A stretch of 64,000 bases of DNA from Nitrospirota bacterium (GTDB lineage: Bacteria; Nitrospirota; Thermodesulfovibrionia; Thermodesulfovibrionales; SM23-35): the NCBI GenBank assembly GCA_013388455.1, contig JACAFF010000003.1:13675-77674 (forward strand), given 5' to 3'. Made by a program: the position numbers and the translations under genes. This document shows, piece after piece, positions 56,888 to 64,000 of this stretch (the first letter of the stretch is position 1; each line of letters begins with the position of its first letter). Under the pieces are notes generated by a model. The model saw only the letters and a program-made list of their open reading frames with translations. It had not been told where the DNA came from and did no database searches.

Positions 56888-57382
56888 TTATTTTGGCGCG
56901 ATGACCATAGTTATATGATTGGCTTCTAATTTTGGTGATTGCTCTATGTTAAATTTTCCTGTCAGCATTTCAGTCAGCTTTGCAAAGACCTTCATCCCGA
57001 GTTCAGGTCTAATAATCTCCCTCCCTCTAAAATACATGGTTATCTTTGCCTTATTACCTTCATCAAGGAAACGTCTGATACTTTTTACTTTTAGCCCGAG
57101 GTCGTATTCTGTTATCTGAGGTCTAATTTTAATCTCCTTTATACTCATCGGTTTTTTCTGTGTCTGCCGTTTGCTCAATTGATACCTGTATTTCCCGAAA
57201 TCCAGTATCTTGCATACAGGGGGAACAACACCTGGTGCAACTTCTACAAGATCAAGCCCTCTGTTTTCTGCTACCTTTAAAGCTTCACTCACTGACATTA
57301 TCCCAAGCTGCTCACCATTTGCGTCAATTAACCTGACCTCTCTTGCTCTTATTTGTTCATTAACCCTTATATCTTTTGTTAT
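56888..57382 (-). CDS. infC: Translation initiation factor IF-3, non-canonical ATA start
   Basis: The reading frame continues 28 codons upstream of the track's ATG (ITKDIRVNEQIRAREVRLIDANGEQLGI-MSVSEAL...), which is the conserved IF3 N-terminus. AGGAGG (57395..57390) + 7 nt + ATA (57382..57380). No ATG/GTG/TTG is in frame there. Confidence 0.85.
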   Translation of the reverse strand: MTKDIRVNEQIRAREVRLIDANGEQLGIMSVSEALKVAENRGLDLVEVAPGVVPPVCKILDFGKYRYQLSKRQTQKKPMSIKEIKIRPQITEYDLGLKVKSIRRFLDEGNKAKITMYFRGREIIRPELGMKVFAKLTEMLTGKFNIEQSPKLEANHITMVIAPK

Positions 57383-57399
57383 GCTCTCACCTCCTGTTT

Positions 57400-59214
57400 T
57401 TAAATTTCCAGACTTTTTTCCTTTATTCTTGTTTTTAACATTCTGATAAAATCCTCTGTAGTGAGAGGACCAACATTATCACCATTGAGTTTTCTCACTG
57501 TTACTGTATTTTCTGACATCTCCTTATCACCTATTATAACCAAATAAGGCACCTTCTTAATAGTAGCGTTTCTGACCTTATATCCAATTTTTTCATTTTC
57601 AGTATTCAACTCTGTTCTGATATTTTCTGAAGTGAGGATATCTGATATCCGCTTTGCAAAATCAGTATGCCGATCAGCTATTGTTAGAATAGCAACTTGA
57701 ACAGGAGCAAGCCAAACAGGAAATGCTCCTGCATAATGCTCAATCAATATCCCAAAAAATCTTTCCAAAGAACCCATTAATGCCCTATGTATCATGATTG
57801 GCTTATGTTCTTTTCCATCACTACCTCTATATGTCATCTCAAATCTGTCCGGATTATTAAAATCTACCTGTATTGTGCTACACTGCCATGGTCTGTTTAG
57901 TGAATCTTTTACTTTAATATCTATTTTTGGACCATAAAAAACACCTTCGCCAGGGTCAATATTATAAGAAAGTTTTTTAATATCAAGTGCTCTCTTAAGA
58001 GCATTTGTTGCTCTTTCCCAGTTCTCAGATGTCCCAACATATTTCTCCGGTCTTGTTGACAAATATATATCATAATTTTCGAAACCAAATGTTTTAAGAA
58101 TTAAAATAGTAAAATCAAGAACATTGAGAATCTCTTCTTCAATTTGATCTTCCCTGCAAAAGATATGTGCATCGTCCTGCGTAAAACCTCGAACCCTGAG
58201 AAGTCCGTGTAAGACGCCAGACCTTTCATATCTGTAGACAGTCCCCAACTCAGCATAACGTAACGGAAGTTCTTTATAACTCCTCAATGTATTCTTATAT
58301 ACGTGAATATGGAATGGACAATTCATGGGTTTAATCTCATAATCGACACCTTCAATCTCCATAGGAGAATACATATTTTCCCTGTAGAAATCTATATGTC
58401 CACTCTTTCTCCATAAATCAAGTTTTGCTATATGAGGCGTATATAAAATTTTATAACCTGCTCTGTAGTGTTCATTCAGCCAGAAATCTTCTATAATTCT
58501 TCTGACCATTGCACCATTAGGATGCCAGATAATAAGGCCAGCTCCGATTTCATCTCCTGTGCTATAAAGATCAAGTTCTTTGCCGAGCTTTCTGTGATCT
58601 CTTTTTTTAACTTCTTCCAGAAAATCCAGATATTTCTTTAATTCTTTTTCATCTTTAAAGCAAGTCCCATAAATACGCTGAAGCATTTTATTATTCTCAT
58701 CACCACGCCAATAAGCACCTGCAATATTAAGAAGTTTAAATGCAGATATCTGTCCTGTTGAATCAAGGTGCGGTCCTTTGCAAAGATCGATAAAACTACC
58801 TTCTTCATATAATGAAACCTCTTCATCTGGTATTTCATTGAGTAGTTCGACCTTATAGTCTTCACCTAATTTTTTGAATATCTCTATGGCTTCGCTCTTT
58901 CGCACAATCTTGCGTATAAATGGATTATTTTTCCTGATTATTTCTGCCATCTTGTTCTCTATCAAAGAAAGGTCTTCTGGCGTAAATGGTCGATCGATAT
59001 CAAAGTCATAATAGAAACCATCTTCTATTGCAGGACCGATTCCGAGTTTTGCTTCAGGGAAGATTTCCTTCACAGCATGAGCCATAATATGAGAGGTACT
59101 ATGCCTGTAAATTTTCCTGTCTTCAGGAGAATCAAAATCAATACTGCTAATCCGAATCCCTCCTTTATAAAATAAGATCAGTTGACAACTTAAAACAGCA
59201 TTTATAATACACAA
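57400..59214 (-). CDS. thrS: Threonyl-tRNA synthetase lacking the N-terminal TGS domain; start codon uncertain
   Basis: YRHSTSHIMAHAV (editing-domain HxxxH) occurs about 37 aa from the ORF start. Class II motifs and anticodon-binding domain are present. The track start is TTG 59214; see the finding for an alternative ATT 59151. Confidence 0.9.
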   Translation of the reverse strand: MCIINAVLSCQLILFYKGGIRISSIDFDSPEDRKIYRHSTSHIMAHAVKEIFPEAKLGIGPAIEDGFYYDFDIDRPFTPEDLSLIENKMAEIIRKNNPFIRKIVRKSEAIEIFKKLGEDYKVELLNEIPDEEVSLYEEGSFIDLCKGPHLDSTGQISAFKLLNIAGAYWRGDENNKMLQRIYGTCFKDEKELKKYLDFLEEVKKRDHRKLGKELDLYSTGDEIGAGLIIWHPNGAMVRRIIEDFWLNEHYRAGYKILYTPHIAKLDLWRKSGHIDFYRENMYSPMEIEGVDYEIKPMNCPFHIHVYKNTLRSYKELPLRYAELGTVYRYERSGVLHGLLRVRGFTQDDAHIFCREDQIEEEILNVLDFTILILKTFGFENYDIYLSTRPEKYVGTSENWERATNALKRALDIKKLSYNIDPGEGVFYGPKIDIKVKDSLNRPWQCSTIQVDFNNPDRFEMTYRGSDGKEHKPIMIHRALMGSLERFFGILIEHYAGAFPVWLAPVQVAILTIADRHTDFAKRISDILTSENIRTELNTENEKIGYKVRNATIKKVPYLVIIGDKEMSENTVTVRKLNGDNVGPLTTEDFIRMLKTRIKEKSLEI

Positions 59215-59307
59215 TAATTTCGATTAATTTCAAAAAAATTAGAAAACTTAATTAAGAATATATATAATATCACAAGAAATATCTTAAATGATTTATACTA
59301 TTTTTAT

Positions 59308-59823
59308 ATGGCGATAATCGAGATAAAAAAATATCCTGATAAGATACTTAAACAAAAAACCGTAGATGTAACGGATCTGAATTCGGATACACAATATCTT
59401 ATTGATAATATGATTGAAACAATGTATTCTGTCAGAGGTTTAGGACTGGCTGCAAATCAAGTTGGGGTCTCTCGTCGGTTATGTGTTATTGATTGTTCAT
59501 CAAAAGAAGACAAAGGCCAGATAATTGTTCTTGCAAATCCCTTGATCATAGAGAGAGAGGGCACGATTGAATCTGAAGAGGGTTGTCTGAGTATTCCTGG
59601 ATATATATCATCAATCAAACGTTCCGAAAAAGTGTTTGTTAAGGGTCTCGACAGAGAAGGTAAACAAATAGAACTGGAAGCAACAGGCCTTCTCGCAAGA
59701 GTTCTTCAACATGAAATTGATCACCTTGACGGACTTCTATTTATTGACAGAATGAGTCCTATAAAAAGAGAATTTTTTAAAAGGCGTTATAAAAAGTACT
59801 TACAGGAAATAAAAAACAAATAA
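59308..59823 (+). CDS. def: Peptide deformylase
   Basis: GLAANQVG, EGCLSIPG, HEIDHLDG metal-binding motifs. Confidence 0.95.
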   Translation: MAIIEIKKYPDKILKQKTVDVTDLNSDTQYLIDNMIETMYSVRGLGLAANQVGVSRRLCVIDCSSKEDKGQIIVLANPLIIEREGTIESEEGCLSIPGYISSIKRSEKVFVKGLDREGKQIELEATGLLARVLQHEIDHLDGLLFIDRMSPIKREFFKRRYKKYLQEIKNK

Positions 59824-59837
59824 GATTCTTCTGCTAA

Positions 59838-60761
59838 ATGCGTATAATATTTTTTGGCACTCCTGAGTTTGCTCTTCCATCACTGGATATACTTATAAGT
59901 TCAGAAGAAGAAATAATCGCTGTTGTTTCACAGCCTGACAAAAGAAGAGGGAGGATAAGTATCTCTTCCCCTACCCCTGTAAAAGAACTTGCTCTCAGAA
60001 ATGGATTAAATGTTTTACAACCTACGAATATTAAAAGCCAGATATTTATTGATGAACTGAGGAACATGAATCCCGAACTAATTATTGTTGTTGCATACGG
60101 AAAAATTCTTCCTCTTGAAATACTTCAGATTCCAAAGTTTGGATGTATCAATTTACATGCTTCACTGCTTCCTAAATACAGAGGGGCTGCTCCAGTACAG
60201 TGGGCTATAATCAATGGTGAAAAGATAACCGGGATTACCACTATGTTCATGGACGAAGGGCTTGATACTGGTGATATATTGCTTCAGGAAGAGATAGAAA
60301 TCTCATTTGATGATACTGCTGAGACCTTAAGTAAAAAACTTGCTAAATCAGGTGCATCATTGTTAATGAAAACTATAATAAAAATAAAAGACCGTTCAAT
60401 CACGCCAATCGCTCAAACAGGAATACCGAGTTATGCACCACCTCTAAAAAAAGAAGACGGGAAGATTATATGGTCAAAGACTTCACAAGAGATATTTAAT
60501 TTTGTACGCGGCATGTATCCATGGCCTGGCGCTTATTGTTATTTAGACGAAAAAAGAATTAAAATTCTGCGGGTTAGTGTTCTTGAAGGAAACGGAAAAC
60601 CTGGCAGGATTGAAAAAGCAGAAAAGGAACTCATAGTAGGAACAGGAAAAGGTCTTATATCGATTTTAGAACTCCAACCTGAAGGTAAAAAACCTATGAC
60701 CGCTAATGCATTCATTCAGGGAAGAAAGGTAAAAGAGGGTTCTTTCTTTGATAAGCCGTAA
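59838..60761 (+). CDS. fmt: Methionyl-tRNA formyltransferase
   Basis: MRIIFFGTPEFA...PDKRRGR...NLHASLLPKYRGAAP.QWAII.G. Confidence 0.95.
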   Translation: MRIIFFGTPEFALPSLDILISSEEEIIAVVSQPDKRRGRISISSPTPVKELALRNGLNVLQPTNIKSQIFIDELRNMNPELIIVVAYGKILPLEILQIPKFGCINLHASLLPKYRGAAPVQWAIINGEKITGITTMFMDEGLDTGDILLQEEIEISFDDTAETLSKKLAKSGASLLMKTIIKIKDRSITPIAQTGIPSYAPPLKKEDGKIIWSKTSQEIFNFVRGMYPWPGAYCYLDEKRIKILRVSVLEGNGKPGRIEKAEKELIVGTGKGLISILELQPEGKKPMTANAFIQGRKVKEGSFFDKP

Positions 60762-61284
60762 ATGGATGAGAGGATTTATATTAAAAATTTTATACCCTAT
60801 ACTTATGATTATTGGTTCCTTTTTTAAACATAAGAAAGAGGGTTTTCAAAGTTTTATTATCAATTTTAATAATTCGCTTGTGAAAAAAGAAAAATTCAAT
60901 CCTAAAAAAATACTTCTCCTTCTACCACATTGTCTCCAGATGGATGAATGTGACATCAGGCTTACATACAATATTTATAACTGTAAAAGATGTGGGAGAT
61001 GTGAAATTAAAGACCTCATTCAGATAGCTGAAGAAAATAATCTGACACTTTCTGTTGCAACAGGAGGTTCACTCGCAAGAAGAATAGTAAACAATACAAA
61101 ACCGGATGCCATAGTTGCAGTTGCATGTGAAAATGATCTAAGCAGCGGGATTGCTGACATTTATCCATTGCCGGTTTTGGGTATACCAAATATTCGGCCG
61201 TTTGGACCATGTATTAATACAATGGTTGATCTGTCAAAAGTCAGGGAATATATTGAATTTTTCGCCAAAAAAAGTGAAAATTAA
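60748..61284 (+). CDS. DUF116-family protein (Cys-rich, membrane-associated)
   Basis: LLLPHCLQ...CKRCGRCEIKDL...ATGGSLARR...VAVACENDL pattern as I recall for DUF116. Follows def-fmt. Confidence 0.65.
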   Translation: MISRKWMRGFILKILYPILMIIGSFFKHKKEGFQSFIINFNNSLVKKEKFNPKKILLLLPHCLQMDECDIRLTYNIYNCKRCGRCEIKDLIQIAEENNLTLSVATGGSLARRIVNNTKPDAIVAVACENDLSSGIADIYPLPVLGIPNIRPFGPCINTMVDLSKVREYIEFFAKKSEN

Positions 61285-61314
61285 TCTGCAAAAATATATC
61301 TAAAGGAGTAAAGA

Positions 61315-62007
61315 TTGCAAAAGGGATTCAGCAGTTTATTAAAATTTACAATTTTTGCAATAGCTTTTATATTCCTTGGACTTTTCTTTGGATACATTAC
61401 ATTCAGAATACTCAGTTTTAGCAGAACAGTAGAGGTCCCCGACCTTCGTGGTAGAAATCTTTTAGAATCAAACAGGCTTCTGACTGATAAAAATCTTTAT
61501 CTCAAGATTGAAGGTGAAGATTATGATTCTACTATCCCCGTAGGTTATGTATTAAAACAGGATATACCAGCAGGCAAAAAAGTAAAGGAAAAAAGGGCAA
61601 TTAAGGTGGTTATTAGTAAGGGGCCCAGGGTCAAATCAATCCCATTGCTCGTAAATGAAACTCTCTTTAATGCAGAGTCAATTCTGATTCAGAAAGGACT
61701 GAGAGTTACAAGAGTTTTTATGGTTCATTCAGATATTATCGAAAAGGATAAAATTATTGCTCAAAAACCTGGAATTGATGAACCGCTAACCGATACTATT
61801 ACATTACTCGTAAGTTTAGGTCCACATCAGAAAACTTACTTCTGCCCGGATTTCAGGGCTATGCCGCTTGAACAGTCTCTCGAAATTATAAAAAAATTGA
61901 ATCTCAAAGTTAATATTGAAGGAACAGGTGAAATTGTTGAGTCTCAAAAACCTGAGCCGGGTAAACAGATAAAGACTGGTGAATTAGTTAAATTGATACT
62001 CTACTGA
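61315..62007 (+). CDS. Membrane-anchored PASTA-repeat protein (3 PASTA domains, no kinase/PBP domain)
   Basis: TTG start, N-terminal TM, then three units of about 65 aa of the VEVPDLRG....A...L....L type. Confidence 0.75.
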   Translation: MQKGFSSLLKFTIFAIAFIFLGLFFGYITFRILSFSRTVEVPDLRGRNLLESNRLLTDKNLYLKIEGEDYDSTIPVGYVLKQDIPAGKKVKEKRAIKVVISKGPRVKSIPLLVNETLFNAESILIQKGLRVTRVFMVHSDIIEKDKIIAQKPGIDEPLTDTITLLVSLGPHQKTYFCPDFRAMPLEQSLEIIKKLNLKVNIEGTGEIVESQKPEPGKQIKTGELVKLILY

Positions 62008-62118
62008 TTTTTTTTATTTCAAAAAACCAGCGATTTCTTGTATTATTGCTATATTTTAGTTATGAAGATTACAATAACTCATATCCAACGATAATATGAC
62101 AGAAACCTTTGATAGTAT

Positions 62119-62196
62119 GTCATTGCAAGCCCGGAGGTTTTGGCAATCTCACTACGAGAAACGAAATGCTTTCCTCCTTTTGTGGATCACAATGAC
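62119..62196. repeat. REP/MITE-like element with inverted GTCATTG termini
   Basis: GTCATTGCAAGCCCGGAGGTTTTGGCAATCTC ... GGATCACAATGAC. The termini are reverse complements (GTCATTGCAAGCC vs GTCATTGTGATCC). Confidence 0.75.
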
Positions 62197-62234
62197 AATC
62201 CGAATTGCTGTATTACTGTATAAAGCGAATAAAT

Positions 62235-62894
62235 ATGACTAAAATTGCACCTTCTATTTTATCAGCAAATTTCTTAAAACTGGGAGAAGAGATAAAAGCA
62301 GCAGAATCTGCTGGTGCTGATATGCTCCACATCGATATCATGGACGGTCATTTTGTCCCAAATATTACAATCGGACCTTCAATTGTTTCGTCAATCCGAA
62401 AAATTACATCTTTACCGCTCGATGTACACTTAATGATCGAACAGCCTGAAAGATATCTGCAGGATTTTATCAAAGCAGGGGCTGATTACCTAACAGTTCA
62501 CTTTGAAGCATCCATACATCTACACAGAACTGTTCAGAGTATTAAGGAAAGCGGTGTAAAGTCCGGTGTATCAATCAATCCCGCAACTCCTGTATGGAAT
62601 CTTGAAAATATTTTGTCTGATGTTGAAATAATACTCGTTATGTCTGTTAATCCTGGTTTTGGAGGACAGGAATTTATAGTAAATTCAATTGATAAGATTA
62701 AAACACTCAAAAAGCTTATCAGAGATAAAGGTCTTTCTGTTCAAATAGAAGTGGATGGTGGATTGAAACTCGACAATGTTTCGATGGTCATATCTGCAGG
62801 AGCAGATATCATTGTGATGGGATCAGCATTTTTTAATTCTCAGGATTATGTTACAACTATCAAAAAATTCAGAGAAATCTCAGGAAATAAATAG
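62235..62894 (+). CDS. rpe: Ribulose-phosphate 3-epimerase
   Basis: MTKIAPSILSANF...HIDIMDGHFVPN...DVHLM...VNPGFGGQ.F; start at ATG 62235. The track's upstream extension begins next to the repeat element. Confidence 0.93.
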   Translation: MTKIAPSILSANFLKLGEEIKAAESAGADMLHIDIMDGHFVPNITIGPSIVSSIRKITSLPLDVHLMIEQPERYLQDFIKAGADYLTVHFEASIHLHRTVQSIKESGVKSGVSINPATPVWNLENILSDVEIILVMSVNPGFGGQEFIVNSIDKIKTLKKLIRDKGLSVQIEVDGGLKLDNVSMVISAGADIIVMGSAFFNSQDYVTTIKKFREISGNK

Positions 62895-63990
62895 CATAAT
62901 CTTTCTTGCCGAGAAGCTTAGAGAAAAATTTTTATATTCTGAATCTCTCAAATTATTCGAAAAGGCACTAAAAGCATGCAAGATGATGAATGACCATCAA
63001 ACATATTTTAAATGTGCAATTTCCTCAGGTGATATACTTAGAATGTTAGGAAAATTCAATCGTGCTGCTGAACGTTATAACGAAGCATTAACAATAGCTA
63101 AAAAACTAAGAGATCTAACAAAAGTTGCAGATGCAAAAATCGGTCTTGGCCTTTCATTCAGAGCACAGGGCAAATGGAAAGATACATTAAAACTATTGAA
63201 AGAATCCGAAATAATTTACAGAAGAAAAAACGACATCGAGGGTATTGCATTCTTAAAATGGGCAGAGGGAGGCACTTTACGTATTAAAGGGGATATAACA
63301 AATTCAATCAGGTCCTATAAAAAATCATTGAAGATGTTTAAAGCCATAGGAGATAGAGCAGGTTCAGGTTATTGCCTATGCGGTCTTGGTGGAGCCTCGA
63401 GAGTTTCAGGAAAATATATTAATTCGCTGAGATTTTACACTGAAGCAAATAAACTGTTTCTAACTCTTAAAGATACGTTCGGGAAAGCTTATTCTTATTG
63501 CGGTATCGGAAATGCTTACAGGTTAATGAATGATTTCAAAAATTCTTCTAAATATTTTAAAAAAGCAATGCGTTTATATAAAAAAATAGGTGATAAAGTA
63601 AGTTATGCATATACCTTATGGGGTTTTGGTATTTTGTACCTAATGATTGGACAATATTTAAAGGCCAGTGAATATCTTAAAATGGCTCTATCTTTTTTTA
63701 AACTTACAAACGACCCAAGAGGAATAATCTATTGCGAATTAGGGTTCGGACAGATTGCATTGCTTAAATGCAAAAACAATTCAGCAAAAAATCTATTTTT
63801 AGCCGCTGAAAGAAAATCAAAAAGATATAATTTTGCACTTGAAAAGTGCCATGTAAGGCTATTATTAAACTATTTGAACAGTATATATTTTAGAAAAGAT
63901 CAAAAATTAATTTTTAAGACAAATAAAAAATGTTATAATGTTCTCGGTGTAAAAATTGAGTTTCAAGGATTACCTTTTAATATTCCATAA
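62848..63990 (+). CDS. TPR-repeat protein
   Basis: About 8 consecutive 40-aa units of the A...Y..AL.I......GIG.... type (e.g. GKAYSYCGIGNAYRLMNDFKNSSKYFKKAMRLYKKIGD). The start is uncertain because the ORF overlaps the rpe 3' end by 47 nt. Confidence 0.75.
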   Translation: MLQLSKNSEKSQEINSIIFLAEKLREKFLYSESLKLFEKALKACKMMNDHQTYFKCAISSGDILRMLGKFNRAAERYNEALTIAKKLRDLTKVADAKIGLGLSFRAQGKWKDTLKLLKESEIIYRRKNDIEGIAFLKWAEGGTLRIKGDITNSIRSYKKSLKMFKAIGDRAGSGYCLCGLGGASRVSGKYINSLRFYTEANKLFLTLKDTFGKAYSYCGIGNAYRLMNDFKNSSKYFKKAMRLYKKIGDKVSYAYTLWGFGILYLMIGQYLKASEYLKMALSFFKLTNDPRGIIYCELGFGQIALLKCKNNSAKNLFLAAERKSKRYNFALEKCHVRLLLNYLNSIYFRKDQKLIFKTNKKCYNVLGVKIEFQGLPFNIP

Positions 63991-64000
63991 CAAAATTTAA

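Overview
AT-rich bacterial chromosomal window, roughly one-third G+C by eye, with about 60 protein genes. I saw no rRNA, tRNA or CRISPR array. All calls rest on motif reading of the supplied translations and my own reading of the DNA; no database search was possible. Lineage is only an inference: an anaerobe, possibly Nitrospirota or Thermodesulfovibrio-like.

Ordinary content:
- Two-component signalling genes (1-2.6 kb and 6.7-9.5 kb).
- scpB, and a LysM/NlpC-P60 hydrolase.
- Molybdenum-cofactor genes: a moeA fusion and moaA.
- Glycogen genes: galT-like, glgA and glgP.
- fabF, ilvC, psd, tal/tkt, bioA and prmC.
- The rpsP-KH-trmD-rplS-rnhB operon, with no rimM.
- The thrS-infC-rpmI-rplT-pheST operon.
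- def-fmt-DUF116-PASTA, and rpe.

Most interesting region, 18.9-32.1 kb:
- (i) A periplasmic selenocysteine formate dehydrogenase cassette. Gene order is tetrahaem cytochrome c, FdhB, a 30-codon sORF, then FdhA with an in-frame UGA and a SECIS-like hairpin, then fdhE. The cassette is visibly GC-richer than its flanks and has no membrane subunit.
- (ii) A tightly packed six-gene operon (25371-32062). It encodes a 9-haem cytochrome, an NHL-propeller lipoprotein, an outer-membrane beta-barrel of about 600 aa, a second paralogous NHL lipoprotein, a 4-haem cytochrome and an 8-haem cytochrome. I read this as an uncharacterised porin-cytochrome-type outer-membrane electron conduit built around NHL lipoproteins. 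The barrel gene's signal peptide is separated from its body by a T10 homopolymer frameshift.

Other notable items:
- A REP/MITE-like palindromic repeat family (GTCATTGCRAG...GGCAATC) at five or more loci. It creates spurious ORFs, and one copy lies inside a coding region.
- A HEPN/MNT toxin-antitoxin islet.
- A Ni/Co ECF importer operon led by its own porin and a DUF4198 protein.
- infC with an ATA start.
- Domain-minimised ThrRS (no TGS domain) and PheT (no OB domain).
- A PilZ-DUF4388-DnaJ-TPR protein.
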